This document shows positions 19,085-28,208 of a DNA stretch of 64,000 nt, piece after piece. The notes under the pieces are model-generated. The model was not told where the DNA came from and did not search any database. It worked only from the letters and a program-made list of their open reading frames with translations. The stretch is taken from positions 1 through 64,000 of the forward strand of contig JAWOEX010000024.1 of NCBI GenBank assembly GCA_046482545.1, written 5' to 3'. The DNA is from Candidatus Thorarchaeota archaeon. Lineage in GTDB: Archaea; Asgardarchaeota; Thorarchaeia; Thorarchaeales; Thorarchaeaceae. Position 1 is the first letter of the stretch. Every line of letters begins with the position of its first letter. The translations under genes and the position numbers were made by a program.

Positions 19085-22000
19085 ATCCTCTACTTGTTTC
19101 ATGTAAACAAACGGGAGAACAAATAGAATCAAATAATATTGAATCCCATGGTTTCGTATGTTCATATGGTCTAAAGGGTGACAAGATTAAAATTGGTATG
19201 CGATTCTACGATAATGGTAGGTATACAAAGGGGTATGACAAATCCGTACGGGAACTTAAAGTACAAAGAAACGATGTATCCTTGAAGGATGTTCTTGATT
19301 CTGCTTCAACTAAAGGATATGCGTCACCAAGTATCTATACTATTGTACAAGGAGAAAAGAAGATTCCCGCAGTTTTCACTCTTAGCGAAATCAATATTGA
19401 TGGAAGTCAGATTGATTTGAATGCCTTGGTGGGTCGGAAATACAGCCAACTCAGAAAACAGGTGACGGATGGTAAGATACCTTCTGGGATTTTGGTGTGG
19501 CTATCAACTAACGGTATAATTAAAGAAGGATCTACAGGAAGACTGGAACCTAATGACGATTTTATTATTGAGTATATCGACAAATATTCCAAAAATAAGA
19601 TTACAAATCTACCGGAAGGTATAAAGAAAATTGAGGATGTGGCGGGAGGACCGTTTAGTTACGACGATAGTGTAGAGTTGGACATCAATTTGGAAGAAGA
19701 AACATTGAGAAGGATTGCAACAAAAACGATTGGACATTCACAAAACAAGCCTGAATTTAAGCGGGTACATGTCTGTAATGACTGGGGTGGTACAGTAGAC
19801 CTAATGTCACAGGGTTCTGCCGATAGACGCACTAATTCATACATGGCGAAGTTATATGATTTTTTGGAATATCTAAGACAAAACAAAGGTAAAACATTGG
19901 AAACAAAAACCGAAAAAGTGTATCAAACATTAACGAGAACACTCATTGAATCACGACCAAAGGGTATAGACAATTATCGAATTGCTAGAGGAAAAGACTC
20001 TTTTCTTCATTCAAATGAATTATTAAATACCCGAGATGAAATTGTCTTTTCTTTAATGGCACTTGGTAATGCCATACCCGGAATGGCATATGATAACATG
20101 GAGATTAGGCATGTTCTGCCAGCACTGGCGGGGGTGAAGCTTAACGCCGATGATTCACTAATAGGCCCGGAGTGGGATTCGGTAATAGATAAAATGAAGA
20201 AATGGGCTCCAGGTGCCTACGCAGATGTAATGTCATCACTCTATGGTGGGGCCAAAACGACTAGAACAGGTACTCGGTCACAACTTCTACTTCAAGAAGC
20301 TCCAATAGATCACAATCTCAAGGTACGTTCATGGGTAATTGGTGATGAGATATATGTACAGGTCGTTGACCACTACTATGTATCTGGGAAAAAAGGTGAT
20401 AATCTCCTCATGGCAGGGGGTGTGGAGGCTCTTGATGGTTTTTCTTTGCAATGTGTCTTTGATGCTTCGAAGATAGAGAGATTATACCTCAAAATATTCC
20501 AAGATTGCGCTTCTTTGAATACATGGATGAATCCTATGTCCCTTAGTGATTGTCAGAACGCAGGTAATAGAATATACTTGCCCCATATAGTTGCATTGGA
20601 TCCTAACATGCAGTACAGAATTGCACTAGAAGTTGTTGCTGGTAACATGGACAGAGAAGAACTATCCGAGTTAGGAGATATCATATATCAAATAATGATG
20701 CGTGTAAATGATTATACGAAAAAGGATATCATAATGGAGGAATTGGGAAAAGAATTTAGCACCGAAAAAAAAGGATGGCATCTACATCATAATGAACCTG
20801 TGTATACGGTAGATGGGCGGGAATTCGTAGGCTATCTGAGAGGGATGACAAAAGATGCATATGAGCTTGCTGCTGTGAAGCTGAAGATACAAATGTTGGA
20901 TGCCGCAATTAGGTCAGGCAAAATTGCTCCTTCTAAAATGGAAGAAACTATGGAACACATAGAGGGCTTGGCCTATGAAGCTATTCAGAGAGAAAGAGTA
21001 CTAAAGTCATATTACGAATCTAACAAAAAGAAATTCGAGGCAGTACAGGGTAGCAAGGGAGGAGATAAGCGAATCAAAATAGGAAATAAGCTTCTTTGGA
21101 ATTTCTATGGTCAAAATGACATTGTTGCACAGAACGCGTTTATTGCCATTAAAGTTATAGCTGATACTGATATTAGTGAAATGGTTTACTTAGAAGATAT
21201 AAACGGCAAACCATTGAACAGAATGGGCAGTTATATCGAACATCCACAAGGAATACATTCGCGTAATCAACTGAAAGGTCATATGGGTCTTGTGACCCAC
21301 TTCAAGCCTGCCGCAGCAAAAATGGTGGGAAGGACCACGATGTTCAGAGGGTATGATATAAGGCACATAGATGAAGGTGATGATAACAAAGACTACCGTC
21401 TTGGGGCATTTAAAGATGATAAACTGGAATATTATGTGGATTGGAGTGTAACAGATACAACTATGCATACTACTGGAAGGCGTTCCAAATACAATGTTGA
21501 AATCGATGGAGTAGTTAGCTACGATTCTCGGTTCCTATTTACCGTGAAGGAACCGATTTCAGAAAACACAATTTGTGGTTTCGAGTTCTATGTATTTGCT
21601 CAATCGCACCAGGCTGGAGGTTGGCACCCTGACTCGATTAATTACGAGTATTTGAAAAACACACCTGCTGGTCTCTTCAGTATATTGATGGATAAAGGCG
21701 GTGCGGCTATGGGAGTATCCCGTCAACCTGCAATCATGACTGAGGGGGGTTTCGAATTACATTCAAGAAATTGGAAAGCACAGAAAGTGAAGAGTCTAGG
21801 TAATATCAAATTCTTCTCGGTAAATTCGATAAGCGAACTATTCGATGCGGGTATTGTTGAAAAGATGGAACTCTGGAAACATATAGTTGAACACTCCAGA
21901 CTCAATCCGGGACCTTACACTTCTGGTGTTGATATTGACCTCCTTCACTCTTGGATTTCATGGTACAGGAATCGCTACGATGACAGTCCCCACCTATTCA

Positions 22001-25000
22001 CACGGAACATCCCAGTACAAGTGGAACAATTCGACACTCTTGGTATCCAAGAAGATCTGCAATCCTCAATAGCATCATGGTTTGCCGAATTACTTCACAA
22101 CGATAGCATGTCTGATACCCTGAAAGAAATCAAGCTTCAATCTGTTGCATACAAACACATGGGCCTAGAAGAGCTCTGTGATGACTGGGCATATCCACCG
22201 TATCAAATTGCAGAATGGCGCTACACCGGCATGGACGAGAAGGCGTGGTACACAGTCGGTGACAAGTCCCAAGCCCTCTACACGGCACGATTCGGAACAA
22301 CCGACATTACTCAGACCGTCAACATAGACATCGAACCAGACCGAACCATGAAGGTTGACAAGATCCAGCTGTTCCTCACAGAGCTGGGCGATATCTACAA
22401 CAATACCGTAGAGTTTCGTGTCGAGGTATCAGACGGTAGTGATGTAGTCACCGGCAGCACGATACTCACAAAGGAAGGCGCAGTTGACATCCCTCTGGAC
22501 AGACAGCTTGAGGTTTCCGATGGTGACACCCTCTACGTTACCATACCCATACAGGATACAACCGGCCGAACGTGGCTCTTTGACAGCAATATGCTCAGCA
22601 GACTGTACAAGAAACGTGCCGGACAGTTCGAGGTAGATGGAAGAGAGCTACCGGGTCACTCCATGTACGTTTCTATCCATGATGCTGAGAAGGCATCGAT
22701 CATCGGTTGGCAGAAGACCGGCACCCGGTTCGAGACCGGCATAGATGATGATGTAAACATGCTCATCGGCGATGGAATAAACTTCCTGAACGCACACTTC
22801 ACAAGCTACCCAGAGGATAAACTCCCCCGGACAATCATCGCAGCAACCAATTTCGACTCGGAGACCAACACGACCTACATCAAGTATGAGGAGTACAAGT
22901 ACGAAGAGACACAGATCTACAGCGATATTCCTGGTAACCGGGCAAAGGAGACACCTATCTACGTCTACGGCAAAGAACTCCCTGTTGATTACATCGGTGC
23001 CGGCCTGAGCATTTCTGGCTACCCGAATGTCAAGAGCATCTCCCATTCACGCGTCATCGAACTAGTCTATGGCGGTGAACCGGGCGTCCTTGTCATAAAT
23101 ACCGAGATGATACCCTCACAACTGCTCGCAGTAAACGACAAAGGCATACCCAAGTTACGTGAATGGATTAACGCTGGCAACCAAGTGGTCTCGGCAGGTG
23201 TCTTACCCTTCTCAGAGACCATCGTCAACGGTGAACTCCACAACACCTACGATTTCCTGTTCCACACAGAGACATCAACCGTTGGAACCGACCGACTTGT
23301 AGAATTATCATATCAGGACGAAGCCGCAGCCGTCTGGTCTGACCCGATTCAAACCTACCAGTGTGAGAACCCGGGAGAGGCCAACGAGACTCATGTCTTG
23401 GACCTTGATGGTGAAAACGACGACTGGATATCCCTCAGCGGTAACAAGCGCAACGAGGATGGAAGTGTCACCTTTGTCTTCGCGATGGCACTCGATGACA
23501 TAAATGGCACATCAAAACAGTACCAGACCTTTGACCTGTTTGTTGATGGCATACCGATATTCTCCAACTTCGCAACAGATCAACTCTGCTATCTTGATGG
23601 TGGTCTCGATGCTGGCTCAAAGGTATTCTATGATGAATACATGAACAACCGGATGTTCGTACAGCATATAGAGAACGTGCCACGATCAACAACCAGTGAT
23701 GTGGTCTATCCCAATTACCTCTGTTACCTGACAGTACGTGAATCACTCAATGCCGGTCCGCATACGGTCACCATCGCAGACAATCCTGATAACAAGGGCT
23801 CACAAGAACTGCGGATCCTTGACCTGAACAATATCCTTGCCTACGAGTACAAGCATCACAAGGAGACCCTGCTTGCTATCGAATCACAGTATCAGGGCAT
23901 GCCGGAAATCGGTGCGGGTGTCTATGCTGTTACAGGCAAGGATATGGTGAGATGGAGCGAAGATGTGGGCCGAGAATCCTTCACCATGCAGAGTATGGTG
24001 GGCCTTGAACCAACCCGAACCGTCCTAGGTGTTGACCTCTCAGAAGCTCATCCGTACCGCACCTATGCAAAGGACATCACCAACAGCTACGGTGAGTGCT
24101 CGGTAAAGGTGGGTGCAGGAATGTTCACGATGCTTGACCTCTATACCTACGGTCTTGACTCGTACTGGCATACCCTTGCAGAGCTCAACTATGTCCTGAC
24201 AGGCGTGGTTGCCGACTGGTATAAGATGCACGACCAAGACACCGAGACCGACTTTTCACCGGGAGCAGGTGATGATTTCGAAGGCTTGCTTGTGGATGTG
24301 GGTGTTCCGTCTATTTCAGAAAACGTTCCGGGTGGCCTTGTTCCAGAACAGGATGCCAAGGCCAACGGCACATACGCCAATTCATTCGAGGAAACCGAGC
24401 CCTTGGAAACAACCAATGCTGACCTTGTATGGGATGATGGGCGTCTCTTGGTCAACTCGACAACGCAAGATACCTTCTCAGTTGACCTTGACACAGCGGT
24501 GGAAGGCTACGACTATCTCATGTTCGATATCTCCATGTTCAACTGTACGGTTTCACTCAATTCCACACAGGTCTTGGGCGAAGCTCAACCCGGACTCAAT
24601 ATCCTCAAGCTCCCCGAAGGACCGTACGATAACATCACTCTCGTAGCAACAAGGAACACAGGAAGTGCTTCTGGGTGGTTCAGGATCGAATGGATCTCTA
24701 CTTCTGAAGTGCCTGCCCTTGCTGGACCTTCGCAACTCTACATCCAGCAATTCACAACCAGCACCAACCTTACAACTACAGGTTTCGAAGATGATACACT
24801 CACAATTGCAGATGGCAACATGATACTCACGCACGGTCATGATGGCGACTCGGAAGACAATGATTCTGTCCACTTCAACCTCGCCGAACCAGTACATGGT
24901 GCTGGCCTGCTGCTCGACATGAAGCACCACATCAACACAACAAGTACAACAGGTGTGGAGCTTCAGGCAACACTCTACTCTCAAGCAAGCCGGGAGGGCA

Positions 25001-26748
25001 ATCAACAGACCATCTCTCTAGATATGGCCACGACAAGTATAATCGACAGGAATTCTCTCACGCTTGAAACAGTATCCTCTATCGAACTTAGCGTGGTATC
25101 TCAGATCTCCTCCTTGCCGCTCAACTGGACTGTTGATTATCTTGAGATCGTAGAGGATGGTGACGTGGCTCTGGATACTGTGTCGCCGTTATACACTGAA
25201 ACTACTGGTGCCGTGGAAACCATAACGGATGAAACCCTGACCATACGCAGCGATGGAACAACAACCGCAGAGGTTTACATCCCTGATATCGAATTCGACC
25301 TTGGTTTGTATCCCTACACCCATGTGAGAGTATCAAACCTGAATCTGACAAGTGCCAGTATCAGGCTCTGTACCTCAAACGGTAACTACACCCACATCAT
25401 CACTGATAACGAAACGACCGTGTTCACAGATGATGTGGATTCAGGAACGATTGTATCAGGCATCACGTTACTTGTCGGTTCTGATGGTCTCAATAGGACC
25501 ATGACCATAGACGACCTTGTGTTCTCTCCCATACAGGAGCCGATAGACGAACGTGTAAGTGTCCAACTGGAATATTCTACACAGAACGGTGACACCCTCA
25601 TAACCCTGGATGATTATCTCATGGACTGGGGTACGGGTACGCTCGCACTTTCCAATGATACCGAATCTGTTACGCGTGCGGAAACACAGATTGTGGAGTG
25701 GAATACCGAGTACATAGCACTCAGGCAAGATGTTGTCAACAGGAACGTCTCCGTCAATGCCGTATTCCACTTTGATGGCATCGTTGATGTCTCGGTTACA
25801 AGCGCGGACTATGGCATGACCTTTGCGCTCAACAAAAAAGCCACCAAGTACTCTGACTCCTTTGGTGTTATGCCCAACAACGTAACAGAGGAAATCCTGC
25901 GCTCACCAACCTTTGCCGCTTTGTACAGCTATGGCATAGGCTTTGGTGTTACAGGAATCAGTACAGAGCAGGTATCGGCATTCGTGGGCCAATCATCCTT
26001 TACCGTCAGTGCTATGGCAAACGAGAGTATCATGCTCCTGCCGGTACTGGCAGAGCGGTTCGAGCTCATCGATGGCGTGGAGATAGATCCCAACTTCGTT
26101 GTCGATTTCGAGGACATCGACATCACAGGCCTTCTGGACAACTGGGATGGCACCCTTGAGAGTCTTGATGTGGCTTACTGGCACGGGGCCTTCAAGGAGA
26201 ATTACGCACTAAAGCAGACCTTTCTGGATACGTCATACTGGATAGTGGATAACACTGGCCATGACATGACCACTGATGAGGCCCTTGACAAGACCAAGAT
26301 GGGTTGCACGAACGGCAAGATGAACATCACAGTCAATGCAAACCAGTCTGCTCTTGCAGAGACCGTTGTATTGAACCTCAACTATCTCTCTATCGATTCC
26401 TCTGCGTTCCCGTTCATGCGCCTTGTGCTTGACGGCACAGGCCACATATCCGTGTCTGTAAAACTCAATCTCACGGATGGCACAACATCTCACATCTTCC
26501 ATGTCACAAGCATCACACCAGAGGAACCAACAAGCGATGAGCGCAACCTCTACGTCCAGCTTATCGATGATGGTTGTGGCTACGAAGAATGGACCATTCA
26601 AGGCATCGAACTGTGGATGAATGAAACTGATACAAGCACGGTTATGAACAAGTCACGCGTCTCGCTCTCGTTTTCGAGGGATAAGCCGCTCGTTCTTATG
26701 TCAAGCTTCGGGGAGCTTGTGCTTGCCCCACGGGTGGTGAGGAGATGA
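19054..26748 (+). CDS. Very large hypothetical protein (2564 aa): AT-rich basic N-terminal region, acidic T/S-rich beta-type surface-protein-like region, PCNA-like C-terminal ~31 aa
   Basis: Uninterrupted 7.7 kb ORF; overlaps the upstream ORF in the -1 frame at a G6 tract. Confidence 0.75.
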   Translation: MGITLPSRGVNPLLVSCKQTGEQIESNNIESHGFVCSYGLKGDKIKIGMRFYDNGRYTKGYDKSVRELKVQRNDVSLKDVLDSASTKGYASPSIYTIVQGEKKIPAVFTLSEINIDGSQIDLNALVGRKYSQLRKQVTDGKIPSGILVWLSTNGIIKEGSTGRLEPNDDFIIEYIDKYSKNKITNLPEGIKKIEDVAGGPFSYDDSVELDINLEEETLRRIATKTIGHSQNKPEFKRVHVCNDWGGTVDLMSQGSADRRTNSYMAKLYDFLEYLRQNKGKTLETKTEKVYQTLTRTLIESRPKGIDNYRIARGKDSFLHSNELLNTRDEIVFSLMALGNAIPGMAYDNMEIRHVLPALAGVKLNADDSLIGPEWDSVIDKMKKWAPGAYADVMSSLYGGAKTTRTGTRSQLLLQEAPIDHNLKVRSWVIGDEIYVQVVDHYYVSGKKGDNLLMAGGVEALDGFSLQCVFDASKIERLYLKIFQDCASLNTWMNPMSLSDCQNAGNRIYLPHIVALDPNMQYRIALEVVAGNMDREELSELGDIIYQIMMRVNDYTKKDIIMEELGKEFSTEKKGWHLHHNEPVYTVDGREFVGYLRGMTKDAYELAAVKLKIQMLDAAIRSGKIAPSKMEETMEHIEGLAYEAIQRERVLKSYYESNKKKFEAVQGSKGGDKRIKIGNKLLWNFYGQNDIVAQNAFIAIKVIADTDISEMVYLEDINGKPLNRMGSYIEHPQGIHSRNQLKGHMGLVTHFKPAAAKMVGRTTMFRGYDIRHIDEGDDNKDYRLGAFKDDKLEYYVDWSVTDTTMHTTGRRSKYNVEIDGVVSYDSRFLFTVKEPISENTICGFEFYVFAQSHQAGGWHPDSINYEYLKNTPAGLFSILMDKGGAAMGVSRQPAIMTEGGFELHSRNWKAQKVKSLGNIKFFSVNSISELFDAGIVEKMELWKHIVEHSRLNPGPYTSGVDIDLLHSWISWYRNRYDDSPHLFTRNIPVQVEQFDTLGIQEDLQSSIASWFAELLHNDSMSDTLKEIKLQSVAYKHMGLEELCDDWAYPPYQIAEWRYTGMDEKAWYTVGDKSQALYTARFGTTDITQTVNIDIEPDRTMKVDKIQLFLTELGDIYNNTVEFRVEVSDGSDVVTGSTILTKEGAVDIPLDRQLEVSDGDTLYVTIPIQDTTGRTWLFDSNMLSRLYKKRAGQFEVDGRELPGHSMYVSIHDAEKASIIGWQKTGTRFETGIDDDVNMLIGDGINFLNAHFTSYPEDKLPRTIIAATNFDSETNTTYIKYEEYKYEETQIYSDIPGNRAKETPIYVYGKELPVDYIGAGLSISGYPNVKSISHSRVIELVYGGEPGVLVINTEMIPSQLLAVNDKGIPKLREWINAGNQVVSAGVLPFSETIVNGELHNTYDFLFHTETSTVGTDRLVELSYQDEAAAVWSDPIQTYQCENPGEANETHVLDLDGENDDWISLSGNKRNEDGSVTFVFAMALDDINGTSKQYQTFDLFVDGIPIFSNFATDQLCYLDGGLDAGSKVFYDEYMNNRMFVQHIENVPRSTTSDVVYPNYLCYLTVRESLNAGPHTVTIADNPDNKGSQELRILDLNNILAYEYKHHKETLLAIESQYQGMPEIGAGVYAVTGKDMVRWSEDVGRESFTMQSMVGLEPTRTVLGVDLSEAHPYRTYAKDITNSYGECSVKVGAGMFTMLDLYTYGLDSYWHTLAELNYVLTGVVADWYKMHDQDTETDFSPGAGDDFEGLLVDVGVPSISENVPGGLVPEQDAKANGTYANSFEETEPLETTNADLVWDDGRLLVNSTTQDTFSVDLDTAVEGYDYLMFDISMFNCTVSLNSTQVLGEAQPGLNILKLPEGPYDNITLVATRNTGSASGWFRIEWISTSEVPALAGPSQLYIQQFTTSTNLTTTGFEDDTLTIADGNMILTHGHDGDSEDNDSVHFNLAEPVHGAGLLLDMKHHINTTSTTGVELQATLYSQASREGNQQTISLDMATTSIIDRNSLTLETVSSIELSVVSQISSLPLNWTVDYLEIVEDGDVALDTVSPLYTETTGAVETITDETLTIRSDGTTTAEVYIPDIEFDLGLYPYTHVRVSNLNLTSASIRLCTSNGNYTHIITDNETTVFTDDVDSGTIVSGITLLVGSDGLNRTMTIDDLVFSPIQEPIDERVSVQLEYSTQNGDTLITLDDYLMDWGTGTLALSNDTESVTRAETQIVEWNTEYIALRQDVVNRNVSVNAVFHFDGIVDVSVTSADYGMTFALNKKATKYSDSFGVMPNNVTEEILRSPTFAALYSYGIGFGVTGISTEQVSAFVGQSSFTVSAMANESIMLLPVLAERFELIDGVEIDPNFVVDFEDIDITGLLDNWDGTLESLDVAYWHGAFKENYALKQTFLDTSYWIVDNTGHDMTTDEALDKTKMGCTNGKMNITVNANQSALAETVVLNLNYLSIDSSAFPFMRLVLDGTGHISVSVKLNLTDGTTSHIFHVTSITPEEPTSDERNLYVQLIDDGCGYEEWTIQGIELWMNETDTSTVMNKSRVSLSFSRDKPLVLMSSFGELVLAPRVVRR

Positions 26749-27101
26749 AGATGATACCGGATGCGAGATCTACCGGGAAGCAGAACGATATCGAGTATAA
26801 CGGTTTCTGGAAGCCAGCTAACAACAAGCCTGTAGGGGAATATGTCCTTGTCTGGGTTTCGGACTGGCTCAAGCAGGACTGGGGCTTCTACTGCTACATT
26901 GCTCTTGATAGGCATAGGCAGGACCTCAAAGGAATCCACGCCCTGATTTACAAGCTCAATTGCCACGGGGTCGATGTATACGTTGAGCTGGTTGACCATT
27001 CGCTGGGATTGAGGGAGTTCTACAGCGAGCAATACAACAGGAACAGGATATCACACTATCATATCCTGAAGCCGGAGACATGGACGGGTGCTATCAGATG
27101 A
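26745..27101 (+). CDS. Hypothetical protein (island)
   Basis: ATGA overlap with the giant ORF; SD-like GAGGAG. Confidence 0.55.
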   Translation: MKMIPDARSTGKQNDIEYNGFWKPANNKPVGEYVLVWVSDWLKQDWGFYCYIALDRHRQDLKGIHALIYKLNCHGVDVYVELVDHSLGLREFYSEQYNRNRISHYHILKPETWTGAIR

Positions 27102-27221
27102 GATTACACGAGATTGGTGGGAGGTAAAGATATGCGAGGAAAACTAACGAAGAAACAACTAGATGAACTGAAGCATAACATCAAAGAAGCATTGAGTTTC
27201 ATAGGTTTCGCGGCAGATGAA

Positions 27222-27297
27222 ATCATCACCATCGGAAAGACTATATAATTAAGACCCACGCCCATCATCACCATCGGAAAGACTATATAATTAAGAC
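27222..27297 (+). repeat. Exact 34-bp tandem direct repeat, each copy with a BRE/TATA-like motif
   Basis: ATCATCACCATCGGAAAGACTATATAATTAAGAC at 27222-27255 and 27264-27297, 8-bp spacer. Confidence 0.9.
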
Positions 27298-27306
27298 TCC
27301 TGCTAC

Positions 27307-27351
27307 CGTAATTTGATGGAAATAGGTGGCTATCAGGGGGTTAGTAAGTAA
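27307..27351 (+). pseudogene. Displaced original 3' end of hydB (RNLMEIGGYQGVSK*)
   Basis: Same RNLME peptide as the hydB end; stop overlaps the hydG start (TAATG). Confidence 0.8.
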
Positions 27352-28208
27352 TGACCAGTGAACACGAAAACATCTATGATACTTCCAAGTGTCGACTTCT
27401 CAGAGAATATGACCTTTCAGATGTGGATAAACTCTTCCTCTTCAGGTTCGAGGATCCTGAGAAAGCACAAAATTTTCGATTCAGGCCCGGTCAGTTTGTT
27501 GAGGTATCGATTCTTGGAGTGGGAGAAGTCCCGATCTCGATATGTTCTTCGGCTCGTCGAGTTGGTTTTTTCGAGCTCTGCATTCGGAATGCTGGAAGGG
27601 TAACATCTGTTATCCACCATCTGAAACCGGGAACCCTCATTGGCATTCGGGGTCCATATGGTAATGGTTTTCCGATGGAGAAATTTCATGACCGCGATTT
27701 ACTTCTGGTGGCCGCTGGGCTGGGGATGGCTCCGTTGCGGTCGGTATTCCTCTATGCCCTCGATAATAGGTGGTTGTTTGGCGATATTACTATCATCAAC
27801 AGTGCGAAATATGCTGACGGTCTGTTATTCCGGAAGGAGCTCGAAGCGATGAAAGATATTGCTACGGCTGAGAACATCTCCATTGTTCAGACAGTTACTC
27901 GCGATTCTGATTTTGATGGACTTCATGGGCGTGTTAACACGCACTTCGATAAGGTCAACGTCGATTCGGAAAACTGTACTGTGGCGATGTGCGGCCCCCC
28001 GGCGATGTACGCTGGTATGTTCGAAGAATGCATCGAGAGGGGATATGACCCCCGCTATATTTTCGTCACCCTTGAGCGCAAAATGAAATGCGGTGTGGGC
28101 AAATGCGGTCATTGTAATGTTGGAACTGCTACATCATGGAAATACATCTGCAAAGATGGCCCTGTCTTTGATTACTACGATGTGATGAGTATACCCGGCC
28201 TGATATGA
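27351..28208 (+). CDS. hydG: Group 3b hydrogenase gamma subunit (FAD/NAD-binding, 2Fe-2S)
   Basis: PGQF, GEVPISICSS, RGPYGNGF, AGLGMAPLRS, MKCGVGKCGHC..ICKDGPVF. Confidence 0.93.
   Translation: MTSEHENIYDTSKCRLLREYDLSDVDKLFLFRFEDPEKAQNFRFRPGQFVEVSILGVGEVPISICSSARRVGFFELCIRNAGRVTSVIHHLKPGTLIGIRGPYGNGFPMEKFHDRDLLLVAAGLGMAPLRSVFLYALDNRWLFGDITIINSAKYADGLLFRKELEAMKDIATAENISIVQTVTRDSDFDGLHGRVNTHFDKVNVDSENCTVAMCGPPAMYAGMFEECIERGYDPRYIFVTLERKMKCGVGKCGHCNVGTATSWKYICKDGPVFDYYDVMSIPGLI

Larger units (their letters stand above)
15524..27320. mobile_element. ~11.8 kb integrated island in the 3' end of hydB; no recognisable integrase
   Basis: Interrupts hydB-hydG; flanked by CGTAATTTAATGGA (15524-15537) and CGTAATTTGATGGA (27307-27320); displaced hydB end follows the right copy. 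Confidence 0.85.

Noticed and set aside
19082-19130. TGA read-through joining the two giant ORFs
   Set aside because: Read-through meets TAG about 14 codons later; the long ORF is in the -1 frame.
16442-26748. Intein explaining the low-GC cassette
   Set aside because: No Cys/Ser-start and His-Asn-Cys/Ser/Thr splice motifs or LAGLIDADG blocks recognised at the boundaries.
27222-27297. CRISPR array
   Set aside because: Only two repeats with an 8-bp spacer, and no cas genes in the window.
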